This document shows, in pieces, positions 1 to 10,284 of a stretch of DNA of 64,000 bases. Within the stretch, counting starts at the first letter, position 1. The number at the start of each line of letters is the position of its first letter. Source of the stretch: an uncultured Nitrososphaerales archaeon (GTDB taxonomy: Archaea; Thermoproteota; Nitrososphaeria; Nitrososphaerales; Nitrososphaeraceae); NCBI GenBank assembly GCA_963841565.1, contig CAWJCY010000012.1:256001-320000 (forward strand). The letters run 5' to 3'. Made by a program: the position numbers and the translations under genes. The notes beneath the pieces are model-generated. The model made no database searches, was not told the DNA's origin, and worked only from the letters and a program-made list of their open reading frames with translations.

Positions 1-774
1 CCAGCTGGACAGGTCGACCAGCATTTTCGATGTATTGTCGCTGAGAGACTCTTCAGCCAGGTAAGAATTGTTACTTATATGATTGCTATCATTTGAGTAT
101 ATTACGACAGAGTAATACAAGACTCTGAAGCGTCCCGGTGATGTTATTGAATCCATTTCAAGAGGAAGAAGCACATACTTCTGACCCTCTCCAAAAAATT
201 TAGTAGAATTGCTCTCCACGCTTATCGTTCGAGAGTGCTCGGGAGAAGAGTATTCCACGAATAGGGTATTCCAACTTCCTAGCTCTGAATTCCATTGTAA
301 TTCTTTTTGAAAATCTACACCGTACTTGCCAGTGTCTTCGTTATTATCAGAATCTACGAGTAAGCCATAAACTACCGTTTCGGCCCCAAGTTTTCCAGGA
401 TCTGATTCTAATTCTCCACCCAACCACAGGGTCGCGTTAAGAATTTTCCCATCCATGCTAAAGTACGTTATCATCTGGATATCGGTGGCATTATCAAGAG
501 GATTTGTGTAAGTGTGATTTGATCCTAAATTCGGAGAATCGCCGATTGAAACGTTTCTAGGGATTTGAAGTCCGTCGTGTTTTCCAGTGTTCACTTCCTG
601 CCTTGGAAAAGCTGCAGGCGAAGAGACTGTAGGCGAGGGTGAAGATGCGGATGGAATCGCAGAGGAATCCTGACCATATGCCAATGGAGTTATCTGCTTG
701 CAAGAGCAGATAGGAATCAAGATTATCAGAAATGTGAGGGCAAATAGGAAAATACTATAGTTGAAGGATTGCAT
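1..774 (-). CDS. Secreted/surface hypothetical protein, thaumarchaeal family (3'-truncated by window edge)
   Basis: Hand-translated open frame from ATG at 774 to window start: MQSFNYSIFLFALTFLIILIPICSC... signal peptide, S/P linker, then AFPRQEV...TDIQMITYFSMDGKILNATLWLGG. Absent from the ORF track because its stop lies outside the window. Confidence 0.75.
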   Translation of the reverse strand, partial: MQSFNYSIFLFALTFLIILIPICSCKQITPLAYGQDSSAIPSASSPSPTVSSPAAFPRQEVNTGKHDGLQIPRNVSIGDSPNLGSNHTYTNPLDNATDIQMITYFSMDGKILNATLWLGGELESDPGKLGAETVVYGLLVDSDNNEDTGKYGVDFQKELQWNSELGSWNTLFVEYSSPEHSRTISVESNSTKFFGEGQKYVLLPLEMDSITSPGRFRVLYYSVVIYSNDSNHISNNSYLAEESLSDNTSKMLVDLSSW

Positions 775-949
775 TTCGTACCCACCAGTATTGAGTTTAA
801 ATCATGGCGTATAATAACGTAATAAAATGCATTTGTATGGCGTCCTTACGGATCAACGAGGGGTTTCGATGCGATTATGAATCCTCCACAGGAGAGAACA
901 GTATTAGTTAGTGGGAGCAGCTTTTTATCTATAGATAGGGGGATAACAG

Positions 950-1571
950 TTGATAGTAGAAAGAATGAGACCCCCGGATCGCAGATTGATTTATGAAAAC
1001 GGTTACTCCTTTTGTGGAAAGATAATTCCTTTAATGTTAGCCGTCGCGCTGGGGTTGGGACTAATGGGATCCTCATGCTTGATAAAAGGCTCGAGTGGAG
1101 AGGCAAACCACACTCTCCCCCATATGCAAAACACTACCGGATTAACGCCTTCGATTTCAACTAGAGCACTAATTCAGCCAGTTCTGCTAGCCCCTATTGT
1201 GGTGTCTGGTGAAAACTTATTCATAGTTTGGCCGGACAATAGAACATCTGTGTCGCAGGAACCGGACTTTGATAGAGGCGCACTTGCCAGCATTTAAAAA
1301 TACTGGCCATGCAAATTGGGATATATTTTTCGTTCGAAGCTACGATCACGGTCAAACCTTCACAGAACCAATCAATTTGAGTAATTCAACGAACGGAACT
1401 TCCATTGGTGCAGAGATCGCTGTACATGATAGGGATCCTAATCACCTTAGCGTTTATGTTACGTTCTGGGACAATAAGACAGGTGAAAACACTCCATATT
1501 TCGTATTTAGTAATGATGGCGGAATTAAGTTTGGTAAGCCTGTTATGTTGAACGTTACTACAATACGTTAA
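950..1571 (+). CDS. Secreted BNR/Asp-box (sialidase-like beta-propeller) repeat protein, split by a +1 insertion
   Basis: ORF 950-1297 (signal peptide, APIVVSGENLFIVWPDN) and ORF 1269-1571 (RSYDHGQTF and FSNDGGIKF Asp-box motifs) join if one base is removed at GCCAGC 1286-1291. The true start may be the later ATG (MLAVALG). Confidence 0.65.
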
Positions 1572-1782
1572 CTGGTAATGTACGATTTCCTGGTTTCAGG
1601 TTGAGTGTTATGATTTTCTTAGCTATCCACTATAATCAGTCAAGAGAATAGAAATACTCGTATTCAATAATCAATATAAAGACACGATGACATGATGTCC
1701 ATTAATCAGAATTCGTTGGGATCAGACTTATTTAACATACTTTAGGACCCATTCAAATAATTCATAAGTTCAAATACAATTT

Positions 1783-2766
1783 CTAATCGCAACTAGAGAC
1801 TTCATTTAGATTTGAATCGATGATGTGTATCTGATTCCTATTAACAGTAACACTAGTAGTTCTTAGACTGCTACAATCAAATAAAGAATCACTGAGCTCG
1901 GTAAGATGGAGAGTAGCATTTGTTAGATTTGAACTGCGTAAATCAGCATTGGTCAAGTCAGCAAAATCAAGATTAGCATTTGTTAGATTGGAGTACCCTA
2001 AAATTGCATGTGTCAGATCGGCGCTCAATAGATCAGCATCTGTTAAATCGGCGCTCAATAGATCAGCATCTGTTAAATCGGCATATCCAAGGTTAGCATT
2101 TGTTAGATTAGCGTGGCTAAAATCGGTGTCTTGTAGATCGGTATCGACAAGATTAGCGTTAGTTAGATTAGCGTGACGAAGATCAGAGTTGGCTAGAACA
2201 GCGTAGCTAAAATTAGCATTAGTTAAATCGGCACCAGGAAAAAGTGTATCCGTTAGATCAGCATCACTCACGTACGCGTCTTCTAGAACAGCGTTTGAAA
2301 GATTGGAATTTCTCAGATCAGCATTGTAGAGACTAGCATTTCTCAAATTTATTCCCGACAGATCACCAGAAATCTGAACATTGTCCAATGTTGATTTCTC
2401 TAGATTAGCATTCGAAAGATTAGAATGCAAGATTATTACCGAATCCAAATTTACCCTCGTTAACGTTTTGTTAGATAAATCTAGATTTTCGAATGTGATC
2501 GGTTGTTTGAACTGTTTCCTTAATTCATTAAACTCTGAAACTTTAGCTTTAGATTTGCTGTCTTTCGTAATGTTTAGTGCCAGTTCATAGACTGATACTT
2601 TATCATCTTCTAATAGTCCAGCTAATCTCTTTGGAGTTATACTTATGTAGTCGGTAACCACTATGCCGACAATTGGACTAGCAATTACACCGATTATCGT
2701 GAATACAACTGCGGTCCTGTGTTGTGCCAACAGATTCATGAAGCGTCCGCTAGGCATGTCTGACAC
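1783..2766 (-). CDS. Pentapeptide repeat protein with N-terminal membrane anchor
   Basis: Long run of A(D/N)LXX repeats. Hydrophobic segment VVFTIIGVIASPIVGIVV. Confidence 0.9.
   Translation of the reverse strand: MSDMPSGRFMNLLAQHRTAVVFTIIGVIASPIVGIVVTDYISITPKRLAGLLEDDKVSVYELALNITKDSKSKAKVSEFNELRKQFKQPITFENLDLSNKTLTRVNLDSVIILHSNLSNANLEKSTLDNVQISGDLSGINLRNASLYNADLRNSNLSNAVLEDAYVSDADLTDTLFPGADLTNANFSYAVLANSDLRHANLTNANLVDTDLQDTDFSHANLTNANLGYADLTDADLLSADLTDADLLSADLTHAILGYSNLTNANLDFADLTNADLRSSNLTNATLHLTELSDSLFDCSSLRTTSVTVNRNQIHIIDSNLNEVSSCD
2017..2082. repeat. Exact 30-bp tandem repeat (2.2 copies) inside the pentapeptide gene
   Basis: ATCGGCGCTCAATAGATCAGCATCTGTTAA at 2017-2046 and 2047-2076, plus ATCGGC. 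Encodes a duplicated LTDADLLSAD. Confidence 0.9.
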
Positions 2767-2959
2767 GGAAGTCTCAAATTAATAAATACGAACCGATATT
2801 GAATATAAGTATTTCTTATATAAGAATCTTCTATAACACATTCATGGTGCCAGTGGGCTCCAACACTCTAGCGGTTCAAAAAGTAGATTCTGTACTTGGT
2901 AACAGCAGACTACTTTGTAATCCAAATCTATTTAAATCACCATATTTCATAGAACCCGT

Positions 2960-3496
2960 TTGAATAGGATAACAATGTTGTCATTACCTCTGTCCTTGTT
3001 GATTATCTCCAGTGTGGCAGTTTTGCCTCATTTCGGCCCAGATTTATTGGCACAGACTCCTCAACCAAGTGTTAACAAACAGGTTACCCTGCCTTTGGAC
3101 GTAGCCGATTCCATTTATAGCGCTAATACAACCAAGTTCTTAGGTTCAAAAAATATATCATTAACTCCTTACCGAATGACAGAGGAACGTTCCTCTGACC
3201 AAGGATTCCTAAAAGGCGTTGGAAATGTTACTAACAATCAGACTTATATAAGCACTCACTTATCTGATGAATTAATCCAGAGTATAGGTAATGGGACATT
3301 TGAGATTCCAGATGGACAAAGTATTGCTTGGATATCTTCTGCTATAGGAAGACCCGTTGATGATCGTTGGGTTTTCCATGGAATAATATTATTCAATAAT
3401 ACGCAAAGCGAATCATTGTCTTTACTAAATAATAGTATCGGTTTATCCAAGGATACTGTTGGCAATGAGCCAAATTATATCTGGCTTTTGGAATAG
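2960..3496 (+). CDS. Secreted hypothetical protein
   Basis: 178-aa ORF with signal peptide. TTTAAA TATA-like box about 25 nt upstream. Confidence 0.7.
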   Translation: MNRITMLSLPLSLLIISSVAVLPHFGPDLLAQTPQPSVNKQVTLPLDVADSIYSANTTKFLGSKNISLTPYRMTEERSSDQGFLKGVGNVTNNQTYISTHLSDELIQSIGNGTFEIPDGQSIAWISSAIGRPVDDRWVFHGIILFNNTQSESLSLLNNSIGLSKDTVGNEPNYIWLLE

Positions 3497-3609
3497 TGTC
3501 ATCTGCCACGCATCCAACTGAAACTAAATGATGCGTCTTCTATACCATATTATTCCTTGAATATTCCATATAAAACAGGATACAAAACAATAACTACAAC
3601 CGAGATTAT

Positions 3610-3736
3610 CGCAACCACGTCTTACGAGTCTAATACTCTTATCATTATCATCTACGAAGTTAGCAAATGTTTCGCCTGGCTCAATATCTAGTTGGTCGGC
3701 TATTTCTCTAGGAATTGGTAATATGAAGGGGGGTCT
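3610..3736 (-). pseudogene. Possible AbrB/MazE-type DNA-binding domain remnant
   Basis: Hand translation PFILPIPREIADQLDIEPGETFANFVDDNDKSIRLVRR resembles the AbrB motif IP..I...L.I..G. There is no in-frame start (upstream TGA). Confidence 0.35.
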
Positions 3737-3951
3737 ATCTCTTGGTCAAGCGGCATGAATCCTGGCGTATTCAGCCTTAACCTTCTTCCCTCCGACCAAG
3801 GTAAGTAGTGTTTGTGGAAGGTAGTTGGTCTTTATTGTCTAGCAACCTGACTTTATTATATCTTTCTTCATTTTACTGAGAATCTCAGATGTGTTCATAA
3901 AATAGGTCATAATTGCGAGAAGTATTGAAATTTGTGATAGTAACGATGTCA

Positions 3952-4824
3952 TTAATGACCAGGCAATATCGTTACAAAAAATACTTTGCTAGGATTCTGG
4001 TTTAGCTCATCTTCTTGTATTCTAAAAATTGCATAGGTTCGATCTTTAACAATACTTATGAAGTCATTCAGCTCATCATCTGATAGGTGTGTAACTCTTT
4101 CTTGTATTGCTCGGGTAACCCACCCCTTTGGATTAGAAACAGTGATTAAATTGCAACCGTCAACGGGCATTGGGACTTCGACTGCCATTAAACTTGTTTG
4201 ATTCTTTGTCCACTCCCTGATCGCATTTAACAATCCTCTAGGCAATTGGTTTCTGTAGAGATCATTAAGGACACGCTCCTTGTCCACTTTGTGATGCTGT
4301 ATTTCCACTAGTCTTTCCGTATCACAAGTGTGCCCAGTTAGGATTGGAACTAGTGAGGGGTTGAATTTATCCTTGTATATACATAAGGGATGATCAATTA
4401 AGCAATTTCGACATACATATCCGATGTAGCCGATCGCCTCTAGATCTTCAATTTTAGGTTGTAATACAAAATTAAAAGTCCTTTCGGCATGAGGAGAAGA
4501 ACTTCCACTGAATCTATGATATGATTCTCGGCTCGGCATGAATGAAATCTCTTCTCTCAACGTTTTGATCTCTGCAATCTTGCGGAGAATATCTAATGAC
4601 CGATCAAGAGGATTCTTGTCTAATTTGGGAGCATGAAAATTAGAGTGAGGTCTGTAATGAGGTGACATGTGAGACTCGAATCTTGAAGATTTAAAGTTCA
4701 TTATTGGAGATGTGAAGGACGACGAAAGAGGATTTGGTGAATGCATGTCCCTAATATGTCTCTCCTTATTCCAACGCCTTGAAAACGGCTTTGAACAGAC
4801 CAAGCAATAATGTTTTTCTCTCAA
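3952..4824 (-). CDS. C2H2 zinc-finger protein of the type seen in thaumarchaeal accessory regions
   Basis: N-terminal CLVC..FSRRWNKERHIRDMH C2H2 motif. Second CRNC...HTC motif. Confidence 0.75.
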   Translation of the reverse strand: MREKHYCLVCSKPFSRRWNKERHIRDMHSPNPLSSSFTSPIMNFKSSRFESHMSPHYRPHSNFHAPKLDKNPLDRSLDILRKIAEIKTLREEISFMPSRESYHRFSGSSSPHAERTFNFVLQPKIEDLEAIGYIGYVCRNCLIDHPLCIYKDKFNPSLVPILTGHTCDTERLVEIQHHKVDKERVLNDLYRNQLPRGLLNAIREWTKNQTSLMAVEVPMPVDGCNLITVSNPKGWVTRAIQERVTHLSDDELNDFISIVKDRTYAIFRIQEDELNQNPSKVFFVTILPGH

Positions 4825-4841
4825 TTCGGATTGTCACTCTT

Positions 4842-4917
4842 TTTGACATGACACACTGTATTGGTGTATCTGGAGTTACTCCGGGAGTAACTCGAGTTAC
4901 TCTTCGAGTGTGTCAAA
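4842..4917. promoter_or_regulatory. Nested palindromic repeat array upstream of the C2H2 gene
   Basis: GAGTTACTC (4873-81), GAGTAACTC (4885-93) and GAGTTACTC (4894-4902), flanked by inverted TGACACAC (4849-56) / GTGTGTCA (4908-15). Confidence 0.55.
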
Positions 4918-5380
4918 GTAGCCATTTAATATTTAAAAGAACATCCTTGTTATTATACCTTTTTACATGAGAATATAGTATGACATTCGTAAACATTCCA
5001 TTAGTAACTATATCTTGAATTTGATTGGAGATGATGCGATTGCACAGATCTGTTTGCCATGATTTTTAGGAACGGTTGGAAGGCAACCCTATACTTGTCT
5101 TCAGTCTTCTTGGCGCGATGTCCTTCGGTAACTTTAAAGAATCCTCTTTGCTTCTGAAGCATTTTCTGATTTCGATTCTGCTCTTGCTCCTGTCATTGCT
5201 TCAAAATATCGAAGTTAGTCAACCAACAGGCAACTAGATACATAGTAAGAGAAGTATTTCTGCTAATCTAACATAGCGATAATCATATTTACTATTGATA
5301 ATTACTATTAGACAATAATAATCACTATGTACAATAAGACATAATTAAGTATAACTTTCAATAATAAAAATGGAACATAG

Positions 5381-5633
5381 GTGTCAATACAAGCGAAACA
5401 TCGATCCAGATCCGAAATAATATCATCGATTCTTCAAGTGATTAATGGCAACAGCTTAAGAATAACTGAGATTCACATCATACACCATATTAAAGGAGTA
5501 CTTGATCCATTTGCTTCAAAATGATCTCATCGAATACGCTGAAAGTGAACGTACATTTAAAACTACTCCAAAAGGCATGCAATTTCTGCAAGTATGGAGC
5601 GAGATGGATGGACTATTCGTAAGAAATCCATGA
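5381..5633 (+). pseudogene. Winged-helix regulator (thaumarchaeal HTH_45/DUF4364-like), frameshifted
   Basis: KHRSRSEIISSILQVINGNSLRITEI, then a frame change to TSYTILKEYLIHLLQNDLIEY..RTFKTTPKGMQFL. It looks like an internal deletion and is not at a GCAGC site. Confidence 0.65.
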
Positions 5634-7012
5634 ACTCGTAATAATCTGATCATACTCGAAATTACAAAGCCTTCTGTTGATTAAATATTACTGAACGTGG
5701 AACAAGGCACTATCATGAAACCTGCTATCTGCAACAATTGAGCTCGTCTATACAGCAATAGGAGGATGTGAGAGCCCTTGTTCTGAAGCAAGGACTTAAC
5801 ATGCATACGCAATCTTTCAAAATTCTCATCAGCTAAAAATTCTGAACTTAACAAATGCGAAGATAAACCTATAAAAAGTATAAGAGCAGTTCGTGTAGCA
5901 CAGAAACAAAGAATAACAAAGAAAATAAAATCGTACGTCAGCGCCTATGTGCCATTTTTGAACTACACTTCAACTACTCTTTCAACGAAACTTCAACTAC
6001 TGTTATGCTTTTTTTCTCTGTCTTCGATAATGCGATTTAGATCATTCCTTGGTCTTTTCATCTTTATGTCTGCACCTATGAATTCATTAAGTCTCTGCAA
6101 TTCCTCCCTTATACGCTAGTACGGCAGTATTGGATTCGGACCCTACCCAAATTTGCTATGATGGCCGTAGTTAGAGACTACCGTTTTTTCACAAATGATG
6201 TCTCTAGTGATTTTACGCTAGTCCCTAACGTGTTTCTCATATTTGAAACAAGAGGAATCCAACAAGGATCAGTTATCCCATTCAGAAGCGTAAAAGCCAA
6301 AGTATTTCTGACTACAAGTTTCCGTGATCAATTGATCTATACTGTTACTCTATTTGCATCTTTCTAAACCTCACTATTACATTAATGAATTACTACTGGA
6401 TCGTCGTCTATTAATGCGCTGCTCTGTATGATTTTATTACAAAATATACTGAAATAGGCATGATCTGATAAAGCTCAAGCATATATCATGTAGCAAAGAT
6501 ACTTAGAATGGGATAATCTTTTTTAATTACATCTTAGATTCCAATTCTTTATGAGAGTTCAATATTGAAAGGGCGTTTCGCCGCTATCATTACTTGGGTG
6601 TTGGGCTCAGGGACTTTGTTGTTCGTCACATTGCAATGGATTTTCATCATCAGAGAAGGTTTAACATTCGTAAGTCTTGAGCAGCAAATGCTTTAGTCAT
6701 CTCTCTCAAAGTCTTGGGTTTAGCACTTCCTTGGACTTGGGCTTTTGCCGTCTACGCAAGGCCTACGCCGCTGTTACCACCTTGAAAAAATGGATATATG
6801 AACCTCGAAACATCGATCTTGTGAATTGATTAAATTCACTCCTTCTTGCTATATTGCATTTCCATAAGCAATTCTTACACCTGCAGTATCAATAATGCAA
6901 TGCCATAGCTCCACTATTGAGTTTGACAGTGCTTTACACTTTATTCGCTATCACACAATTCGACATGCAACTTGCCTTTAGGCTTCATAGTTTAACTAAG
7001 CCCTTATATTAT

Positions 7013-7033
7013 ATGGGGCCAGTGGGATTTGAA
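7013..7033 (-). repeat. att-like copy of the tRNA-Pro 3' end
   Basis: ATGGGGCCAGTGGGATTTGAA versus ATGGGGCCAGTGGGATTCGAA at 10284-10304 (20/21 identical). Confidence 0.85.
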
Positions 7034-7094
7034 TCTAGGTGGTAAATGGGTTCAGTTACAGTCTTTCATCTGATCAGCTCTTTTATTTAATTTG

Positions 7095-7442
7095 TTAAAC
7101 GCCTTTTCTATGGGGGTGAAACACTATCCTTTTATCATCTTTCTCTAGCTTTGTCACAGCGTCTATTGAGGACTCTATATCAATCTCTTGGCCGACCTTC
7201 TCTTCCATATAATCTTGAAAATCTTTGAAATCATAAAGTTCAGTATAGGATCTTCCCGATTCCAGGAGGCCTATACCATATCTGTTTATAGTCCTAAAGT
7301 CTATAGGTGTCTTAAATGCGATTCCTATAATATAGTCTATAAACCAAACCTCCTTATCTTCAATTATGTAAATATACTCTGCATTTGAATCTTGAGCTGT
7401 GATTTGTGGTTGGCTTATTTTCTTTCCCTCAGTATTGGTCAT
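7095..7442 (-). CDS. Hypothetical protein
   Basis: 115-aa ATG ORF with an upstream TTTATA box. Confidence 0.6.
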   Translation of the reverse strand: MTNTEGKKISQPQITAQDSNAEYIYIIEDKEVWFIDYIIGIAFKTPIDFRTINRYGIGLLESGRSYTELYDFKDFQDYMEEKVGQEIDIESSIDAVTKLEKDDKRIVFHPHRKGV

Positions 7443-7727
7443 ACGCGTTCATATCTATTGTATAAACACAATCCAGCCAGTTAAATGCTCCTTGAATCCC
7501 ATTCTCCGAAAGTATTCTTCCATAGTTTTTTTGCACTAATCTATCTGGTTCGGTGGGATGCAATACACTAGTGTATGCAACTTCAACTAGATAATTACGA
7601 TGTACTGATTTTTAAACTCTATCAAAAGACGAATATTATTCGTAAAGACTTTTGATTTGATTAGAGGTTCGTATCTTGCAATAATAGTAAATCTTTTTAC
7701 ACTAGAATTGACTTACCATTTTGGTAA

Positions 7728-8924
7728 TTGTCTTCAGAAGGTAAACGAATCTTAATTTTGGGTGCAGGATTCGGAGGGTTAACAACTGCTAATTTATTGC
7801 AGAAAAATCTTTCTCTATCCTCAGTAGAGCACCAAATTAGTATTGTCGATTCCAAAGACTATTTCATAATGGGGCTTGTAAATTTATGGATCTTAAGTGG
7901 AATAAGAACACTGGAAGATTCTAAAGTAGCATTAAGCAGGTTGGGAAATAAAGGAATAAGCTATCTAAATGGTGAAGTAACAGCTATTGATCCTGTCTCA
8001 AGGACTGTCACAATCAAAGGAACTTCGACTTTCAGATTAGAATATGACTATTTGGTAATAGCATTAGGAACAGAATTTGCACTCGAACATGTCAGAGGAT
8101 TTTTAGAAAATGGAGGCTCTAATCTATATGATGCAGAGCAAGTTCCAAAATTAAGAGAAAAGATACTTTCATTAAAAAAGGGGAGAATAGCAATATGCAT
8201 AACCTCTGTTCCATACAAATGCCCACCAGCACCATATGAGGCATCTCTCCTTATCAATGATATTTTAGTTAAGAATGGTACAAGGGACTCAATTGATATC
8301 GAAATTTATACACCAACTCCAATTGCTTTACCTGTAGCTGGAACAAAAGTAAGTCAAGATGTTATTAACCTTCTTGATGAAAGCCATGTCAATTTCCATC
8401 CATTACATAAAATAAAGACAGTCTCAGACACAAAAGAGATAGAGTTTGAAAATGGAAATAGGGTAAATTATGATTTGTTGATAGGTATCCCTCCTCATAA
8501 AGTTCCTGAAGTAATAAGGAATTCTAATCTAATAAAGCAAGGACAAAACTGGATTAATGTCGACAAGTTCAGTCTTAAGACAGATTATCAAAATGTTTTT
8601 GCAATAGGGGATGTAAATGAAATTAAAGTAAATGAAAATGTAGCTATTCCTAAAGCTGGAGTATTTGCAGAAGCTCAGGCGAAGGTAGTTAGCCACCAAA
8701 TTATCGATGATATTGAAAACAACAGGGATAACCTATCATCATCAAAATTTGATGGAAAGGGCTTTTGTTTTATGGAAGTTGGAGATAAGAGGGCAGGGTA
8801 TATTGCTGCAGATTTTTATAATGAAGTTGGTCCTGTCACTCTACTTGAGCCACCATCTGAGGAATCATACGAAAAGAAATTAGATTTTGAAAAAAGTAAG
8901 ATAAGTGAGTGGTTATTATCGTAG
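7728..8924 (+). CDS. Sulfide:quinone oxidoreductase-like FAD-dependent oxidoreductase (SQR/FCSD family, type III-like)
   Basis: ILILGAGFGG FAD motif, YKCPPAPYE catalytic Cys motif, VFAIGD, PKAGVFA and C-terminal GFCFMEVG Cys. Confidence 0.8.
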   Translation: MSSEGKRILILGAGFGGLTTANLLQKNLSLSSVEHQISIVDSKDYFIMGLVNLWILSGIRTLEDSKVALSRLGNKGISYLNGEVTAIDPVSRTVTIKGTSTFRLEYDYLVIALGTEFALEHVRGFLENGGSNLYDAEQVPKLREKILSLKKGRIAICITSVPYKCPPAPYEASLLINDILVKNGTRDSIDIEIYTPTPIALPVAGTKVSQDVINLLDESHVNFHPLHKIKTVSDTKEIEFENGNRVNYDLLIGIPPHKVPEVIRNSNLIKQGQNWINVDKFSLKTDYQNVFAIGDVNEIKVNENVAIPKAGVFAEAQAKVVSHQIIDDIENNRDNLSSSKFDGKGFCFMEVGDKRAGYIAADFYNEVGPVTLLEPPSEESYEKKLDFEKSKISEWLLS

Positions 8925-8951
8925 TCCGCTACTTGTATGTCTACCGATCTT

Positions 8952-9086
8952 TTACTTTGAAGCCACCAAGGGTTGCTCTTCTACTTTCTCTAGCTCTGGT
9001 TGCTGTTCTTCTTCTTCCTCAGCTAGCTTATCCATTCTTCTCTTGAAGAATTTGTTATATTCGTAGTCTGATATAAATTCACACAT
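8952..9086 (-). CDS. 44-aa small protein (below the track cut-off)
   Basis: MCEFISDYEYNKFFKRRMDKLAEEEEEQQPELEKVEEQPLVASK*. TTTAAATA box about 25 nt upstream of the ATG. Confidence 0.55.
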   Translation of the reverse strand: MCEFISDYEYNKFFKRRMDKLAEEEEEQQPELEKVEEQPLVASK

Positions 9087-9240
9087 ACTATGGTATTCTG
9101 TAGTATATTATTTAAACAGGATTCCCAATGAATTTTTTTACATGACGATATCATTCTCCGAATACGGCTCATCCCTTTACTTTTTTTTGCTTATTATTAT
9201 AACCATCTCGGAGGTTCGCCTACTGATTCTTAATTACTTC

Positions 9241-9600
9241 TTAAGTACAGATTAAGAAACCATCTAAAGAAAAGTCTTGATTCAAATAATGATTTCAAGT
9301 AGTTATCCATTTCATATCAGGGTCGTCGTCTACAGATTTTCGTTTACTATCTAGAAAAGAGAGAACCTACTGCTTGCTTGTAATGTCATAGAAGGATATC
9401 TCGTGACCAAGGTAGTTAGCAAAAGCAATCGACACCTTTAGAATGTTGTTGACGTGGTGGACTGAGAGGTTATTGCTCATAAGATAGGCATCGAATGCTG
9501 CAATATCATCTCTGCTAGCTGAGTTTGGTACTAACTGTATCTTGTTCACGGTAGTGGAAAGTTTGGTAGTCGTTGTTTTAATTCGCTCCTGTGATGTTAA
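9241..9600 (-). pseudogene. Tyrosine integrase N-terminal remnant
   Basis: TKLSTTVNKIQLVPN...HVNNILKVSIAFANYLG...*VLSFLDSKRKSVDDDPDMKWITT*NHYL.. then a frameshift to LFFRWF. Matches my recollection of Nitrososphaeraceae integrase N-termini (DPDKKWITTWN..L..IK.FFRW). Two stops, one frameshift, catalytic domain missing. Confidence 0.7.
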
Positions 9601-9899
9601 GTTTGTTTATCAATTATATGAACCCACGTACATAATGGGGTCAGTGGTTCCCACAATAATATTGATTCTAAAACTGGATTCAAGAACTATCATGATACGT
9701 ATTTTAAATATTCCTACTCCTAAGAGAGTATGCCGATTCCATCAGAACTCACCGATATTGGGTATAAGTAGCGACGACGCTAAGAGAATACTTAAAAATA
9801 TCTGGTACTATTCCGTCACGGTATGAATTCCAAAATATCACTTGTCCATTTGAGGGAATCATATAATGTTTAATACGTGGATTGTATTGTCCTATATCA

Positions 9900-10163
9900 A
9901 TGTCACAGGATTCTAGAGTTGAAAGAAAAAGGAAATTGGAAGAACAACTCAATAGTAAAGTGTCTAACGATTGGAAGGATTTAGTTGAGAAATCAGATCA
10001 GTACATGAAACAAATGCAAGAAAATAATCGCCGATATTATGAACAACAACTAGATAAAGAACTAGATGATATGGAAAAAGACCTTAAGTCGGGAAATATC
10101 ATAGGTGCAATGTATCATCGGAATGCTGCTGATACCTACCTCAGGTTACTTAATTTAATGTGA
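9900..10163 (+). CDS. Hypothetical coiled-coil protein
   Basis: Track ORF 9882-10163; the ATG at 9900 (MSQDSRVERKRKLEEQ) is the more likely start. Confidence 0.55.
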   Translation: MSQDSRVERKRKLEEQLNSKVSNDWKDLVEKSDQYMKQMQENNRRYYEQQLDKELDDMEKDLKSGNIIGAMYHRNAADTYLRLLNLM

Positions 10164-10284
10164 TTTAACAATACACTAATGTAGCTAGGTAGCCTGAAGT
10201 TCATTTTGGACGGGCTAGCCTTCTATTCTCATCTACCTAGTTTCACTTTTTCAAGTGAATCCAATAAAAGAACCAATATCACAA

